The position numbers and the translations under genes were made by a program. A stretch of DNA of 64,000 nucleotides. Origin: Eledone cirrhosa (lineage: Eukaryota). Under the pieces are notes generated by a model that saw nothing but the letters and a program-made list of their open reading frames with translations, made no database searches and was not told the origin of the DNA. The stretch spans positions 31,620,001-31,684,000 of the forward strand of contig OZ024748.1 in assembly GCA_964016885.1 (NCBI GenBank), written 5' to 3'. This document shows positions 60,052-64,000 of the stretch, in pieces; position 1 is the first letter of the stretch; every line of letters begins with the position of its first letter.

Positions 60052-60153
60052 TATTTTGAAAATTTGGACTGTGAACAATAATTATAATTGAGTGGCTGCT
60101 ATTTGCAGTATAGCAATATAAGGTTGCACTTACCAATGAAACGGTCGTAAATA
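60052..60153 (+). ncRNA. Hammerhead (family Q), 3' pseudo-LTR copy
   Basis: UAUU-UUGAAAA-U UUGG.GUG AAC..GUU.CAC.CCAA U-GAA-ACG GU CGU-A-AAUA. Confidence 0.7.
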
Positions 60154-60202
60154 CCTGGATAAAATCCTTCTCTTAATGCTTACCTGTGTTTTCTCTTTTA
60201 GA

Positions 60203-60252
<50 letters not shown>

Positions 60253-60287
60253 ATATATATATGTATGTATATATATGTATATACATG

Positions 60288-60380
<93 letters not shown>

Positions 60381-60431
60381 ATATATATATATATATGTGT
60401 ATGTATGTATATATATATATATATATATATA

Positions 60432-61794
60432 TCTTCTCTCTTCATAATGTATTTTTAACTCTGATACTGGTTCAGTCTGGTTCAAACTGAATTGGTCTGT
60501 CCCAGTCATTCATTGAGCAACATCGGTGAAGTTGGCACCCTTAACCCACAGTTGGGTGCGGATGCATTCATGTATATATGTGTGTGTCCGCATGTATCTG
60601 TGTGTTTCTAAATGTATTAATAACTCCCTCTGGTCGAGCAATCTTTGAAGTGTGGGGACAACTGGAAAGCTTCCATTACTCATACTTCTCGCCTTCTTCA
60701 CTACCTCTTCTGCGGCCTCGATATGAATACCCCCTCCGCCTCCGTGGTATTTTTTCGTGGTTATAAGAGGCTTAGCTCTGTTTCTCGACCGTTATATCGC
60801 GTGACTATCTCCCCCTCCGCCTTTTGGGATTCTTTCTCACGTCGTGTAGACGCGTTCTTGAGACTAGTAAAATGAGGTATCCTCTTGATAAGTCGGCAGA
60901 CCTCGCAAGGACTCTATATCTTTGATATATTGTTTTTGTTTATGCCACGAAACTACGTAGTCGAGGAATTTAGGAACAGTTTAGGTATGATACATTTTAT
61001 TACTAATTATATCTAAATGTTTCTTCTCTCTTCATAATGTATTTTTAACTCTGATACTGGTTCAGTCTGGTTCAAACTGAATTGGTCTGTCCCAGTCATT
61101 CATTGAGCAACATCGGTGAAGTTGGCACCCTTAACCCACAGTTGGGTGCGGATGCATTCATGTATATATGTGTGTGTGTCCGCATGTATCTGTGTGTTTC
61201 TAAATGTATTAATAACTCCCTCTGGTCGAGCAATCTTTGAAGTGTGGGGACAACTGGAAAGCTTCCATTACTCATACTTCTCGCCTTCTTCACTACCTCT
61301 TCTGCGGCCTCGATATGAATACCCCCTCCGCCTCCGTGGTATTTTTTTCGTGGTTATAAGAGGCTTAGCTCTGTTTCTCGACCGTTATATCGCGTGACTA
61401 TCTCTCCCTCCGCCTTTTGGGATTCTTTCTCACGTCGTGTAGACGCGTTCTTGAGACTAGTAAAATGAGGTATCCTCTTGATAAGTCGGCAGACCTCGCA
61501 AGGACTCTATATCTTTGATATATTGTTTTTGTTTATGCCACGAAACTACGTAGTCGAGGAATTTAGGAACAGTTTAGGTATGATACATTTTATTACTAAT
61601 TATATCTAAATGTTTCTTCTCTCTTCATAATGTATTTTTAACTCTGATACTGGTTCAGTCTGGTTCAAACTGAATTGGTCTGTCCCAGTCATTCATTGAG
61701 CAACATCGGTGAAGTTGGCACCCTTAACCCACAGTTGGGTGCGGATGCATTCATGTATATATGTGTGTGTCCGCATGTATCTGTGTGTTTCTAA

Positions 61795-61798
<4 letters not shown>
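60432..61798 (+). mobile_element. Family B tandem array, 593-bp unit x2.3 (HHRs at 60880-60968 and 61473-61560)
   Basis: Near-identical units; reverse-complement homolog of 1417-2034. Confidence 0.85.
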
Positions 61799-61844
<46 letters not shown>

Positions 61845-61873
61845 ATATATATATGTATGTATATATATATATG

Positions 61874-61924
<51 letters not shown>

Positions 61925-62166
61925 GTATATATATATGTAAATATATATGTATATCTATATATATGTATATATATGTATATATATATATGTATATATATAT
62001 ATATGATATGTATATATGTATATATATATGTATATATGTATATATATATATATATGTATATATGTATATATATATGTATATATATATGTATATATGTATA
62101 TATATATATGTATATATGTATATATATATGTATATATGTATATATATGTATATATATATATATGTA

Positions 62167-62253
<87 letters not shown>

Positions 62254-62284
62254 GTATATATATATATGTATATATATATATATG

Positions 62285-62451
<167 letters not shown>

Positions 62452-62885
62452 GTAAAAGTTCTATTTAAATTGTTGGGATACAACAAGCAAATATTTTTAT
62501 AACTGATATAAAGCACTCAACAAATATTTGGAGTAAAAACATATACATATTATATATGTATATTCCATTCATGATTATTAATATTTCTAATTTTATTTAT
62601 TCATTTCATCTCAAATGTTAAAATAACTCAACAAGATATGACTTAGAGTTTTCGTTCTCTCTCCTTTCTCTGTCTCCTTTTTCTCTATCTTTTTCTCTCT
62701 GTTGTTCTGCTCTTTCTCTCTCTTTCTCTTTCTCCGTAACCCAACGGCTTATTTAAAAATATCCAATACTAACTTACCTAATAATATAATTAAAGTTATA
62801 ACTCCACTATCCTGGAGCTTCCAACACTAATGGTTGCATTCTTTAAGGGTATGTCAATATTTATTTATAAAACTGCTCTATATTA

Positions 62886-62950
62886 TATTTTATGTGATGA
62901 AAGCACACCATAATTTAACTTGGTGTCATTGAAATATGTATAATGAAATA
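62886..62950 (+). ncRNA. Family D-related hammerhead, degenerate core (GUGAUGA)
   Basis: UAUUUUAU-GUGAUGA-AA..ACACCA/UGGUGU..UU-GAA-AUAUGUAU-A-AUGAAAUA; inverted family D piece at 62455-62537. Confidence 0.6.
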
Positions 62951-62989
62951 AAGATGGTTTTATAAATATAGTTTCCATTTGTTAATATC

Positions 62990-63061
<72 letters not shown>

Positions 63062-63077
63062 GTATATATATATATAT

Positions 63078-64000
63078 ACGGGGTAACAAATAATAGTTAA
63101 ATGCAGTCCACTTAGGTATAGTCCAGTTATGGTATTCCAGGTAGTGGATGATATCAACGCTTGGCTTGGTTTGACTCAACAAGGCGTTTTCATAGTGATG
63201 CTGCGGGTATGCTGTAATTCCTATGTTGTAATAATAAATCAGGAAAGAAGGTTGCAAAAATGGTTTTTAATCTCATAGCTGACAATTGTTTCTCTGAACT
63301 GGTAGGTCTAGAGATCGCTATTCGCTTGTTTTCACGTTACTCGATCGCCAATACAAAATTATAATCAGTCAGTTCTTCGGAGCGTGCGAGAATGAAGAGA
63401 ATACACAGGCAAGAAAAGAATATACAGGCTACTATATGAAGTAGTAATGGCATTCAGTTAGAACAATAACAACAATTACAACAATGCTATTAATAAATTA
63501 TTTGAGGAGACCCTGACATTAGGTGGGGGGGGTATAGTGTATCTAAGATTTCGGCGTGTAAAACTAGCTGTCATGAGGCAGAAGTAAAAGTTTGGCATGT
63601 ACAGAGTATCGAAGTGTGTATCAATTTTAAATTATAAAGATAAGCCAGTGTTTACAGTCTTTCTTTTCATCTTCAATAACATACATGAGTGGGACAACAC
63701 TGTCAAAGCTAAATAGTGGTTGAGTTAATACAGAGGTTAAGGAGGTAATATACTCATATATTTATACACACACACGCACACACACATACACACACACACA
63801 TATATATATATATATACACATGCATGTGTACATAGACACCTACATACACATCAATATACACGCGTACAAAAATATACATACATGCAAAGAGATAAGGGTG
63901 CTAATTGTAATTATGGCAAAAGGAAGGTAAAGTTACATTGTAGTAGTGATTTGAGAAAAACTAGGATTTAGGATGAAATGATGGCAGCAGCTGAGAAGGA
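63078..64000 (-). mobile_element. 3'UTR/pseudo-LTR of a PLE related to 5527-8531 (HHR family C at 63277-63386)
   Basis: 63530-64000 resembles 5530-5980; 63230-63660 resembles the reverse complement of 8095-8520; the ORF probably lies beyond the window. Confidence 0.85.

Larger units (their letters stand above)
56385..60205 (+). mobile_element. Full-length Penelope-like element (Hydra-clade-like) with pseudo-LTRs
   Basis: Direct repeats ~56575-57048 / 59740-60200; 56385-56478 is an inverted copy of 57082-57176; TA-flanked. Confidence 0.92.

Overview
AT-rich eukaryotic (invertebrate-like) repeat-dense window with no recognisable host gene; all 'YIYIYI' ORFs are (TA)n artefacts. Long degenerate (TA)n tracts act as a landing pad for: (i) at least six decayed Penelope-like retroelements (PLEs; RT + C-terminal GIY-YIG): three resemble the Hydra clade (YRDD, CxC linker), two share another RT type (one near full length, with an Asn-rich insert), and one is Neptune-like; (ii) a CR1-group LINE whose ORF1 has a Myb/SANT-like domain plus a CCCH finger and whose ORF1/ORF2 overlap contains a U_UUU_UUA -1 frameshift candidate; (iii) an R4/Dong-like RLE element; (iv) an RTE-derived non-autonomous element; (v) about a dozen non-coding 0.3-0.8 kb elements arranged as partial tandems or palindromes. 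The main discovery, from folding by eye, is about 34 type I hammerhead ribozyme (HHR) motifs in about 17 sequence families, in PLE terminal repeats and in most of the non-coding elements. Many are atypical: 75-130 nt branched stem II domains, a recurrent non-Watson-Crick 10.1-11.1 pair (U-U, C-A), compensated U3-A8 cores and palindromic stem III, including (AU)4. This suggests a (TA)n-targeted PLE/retrozyme ecosystem with an unusual HHR subclass. All structures were folded manually, clade names are tentative and coordinates are approximate.
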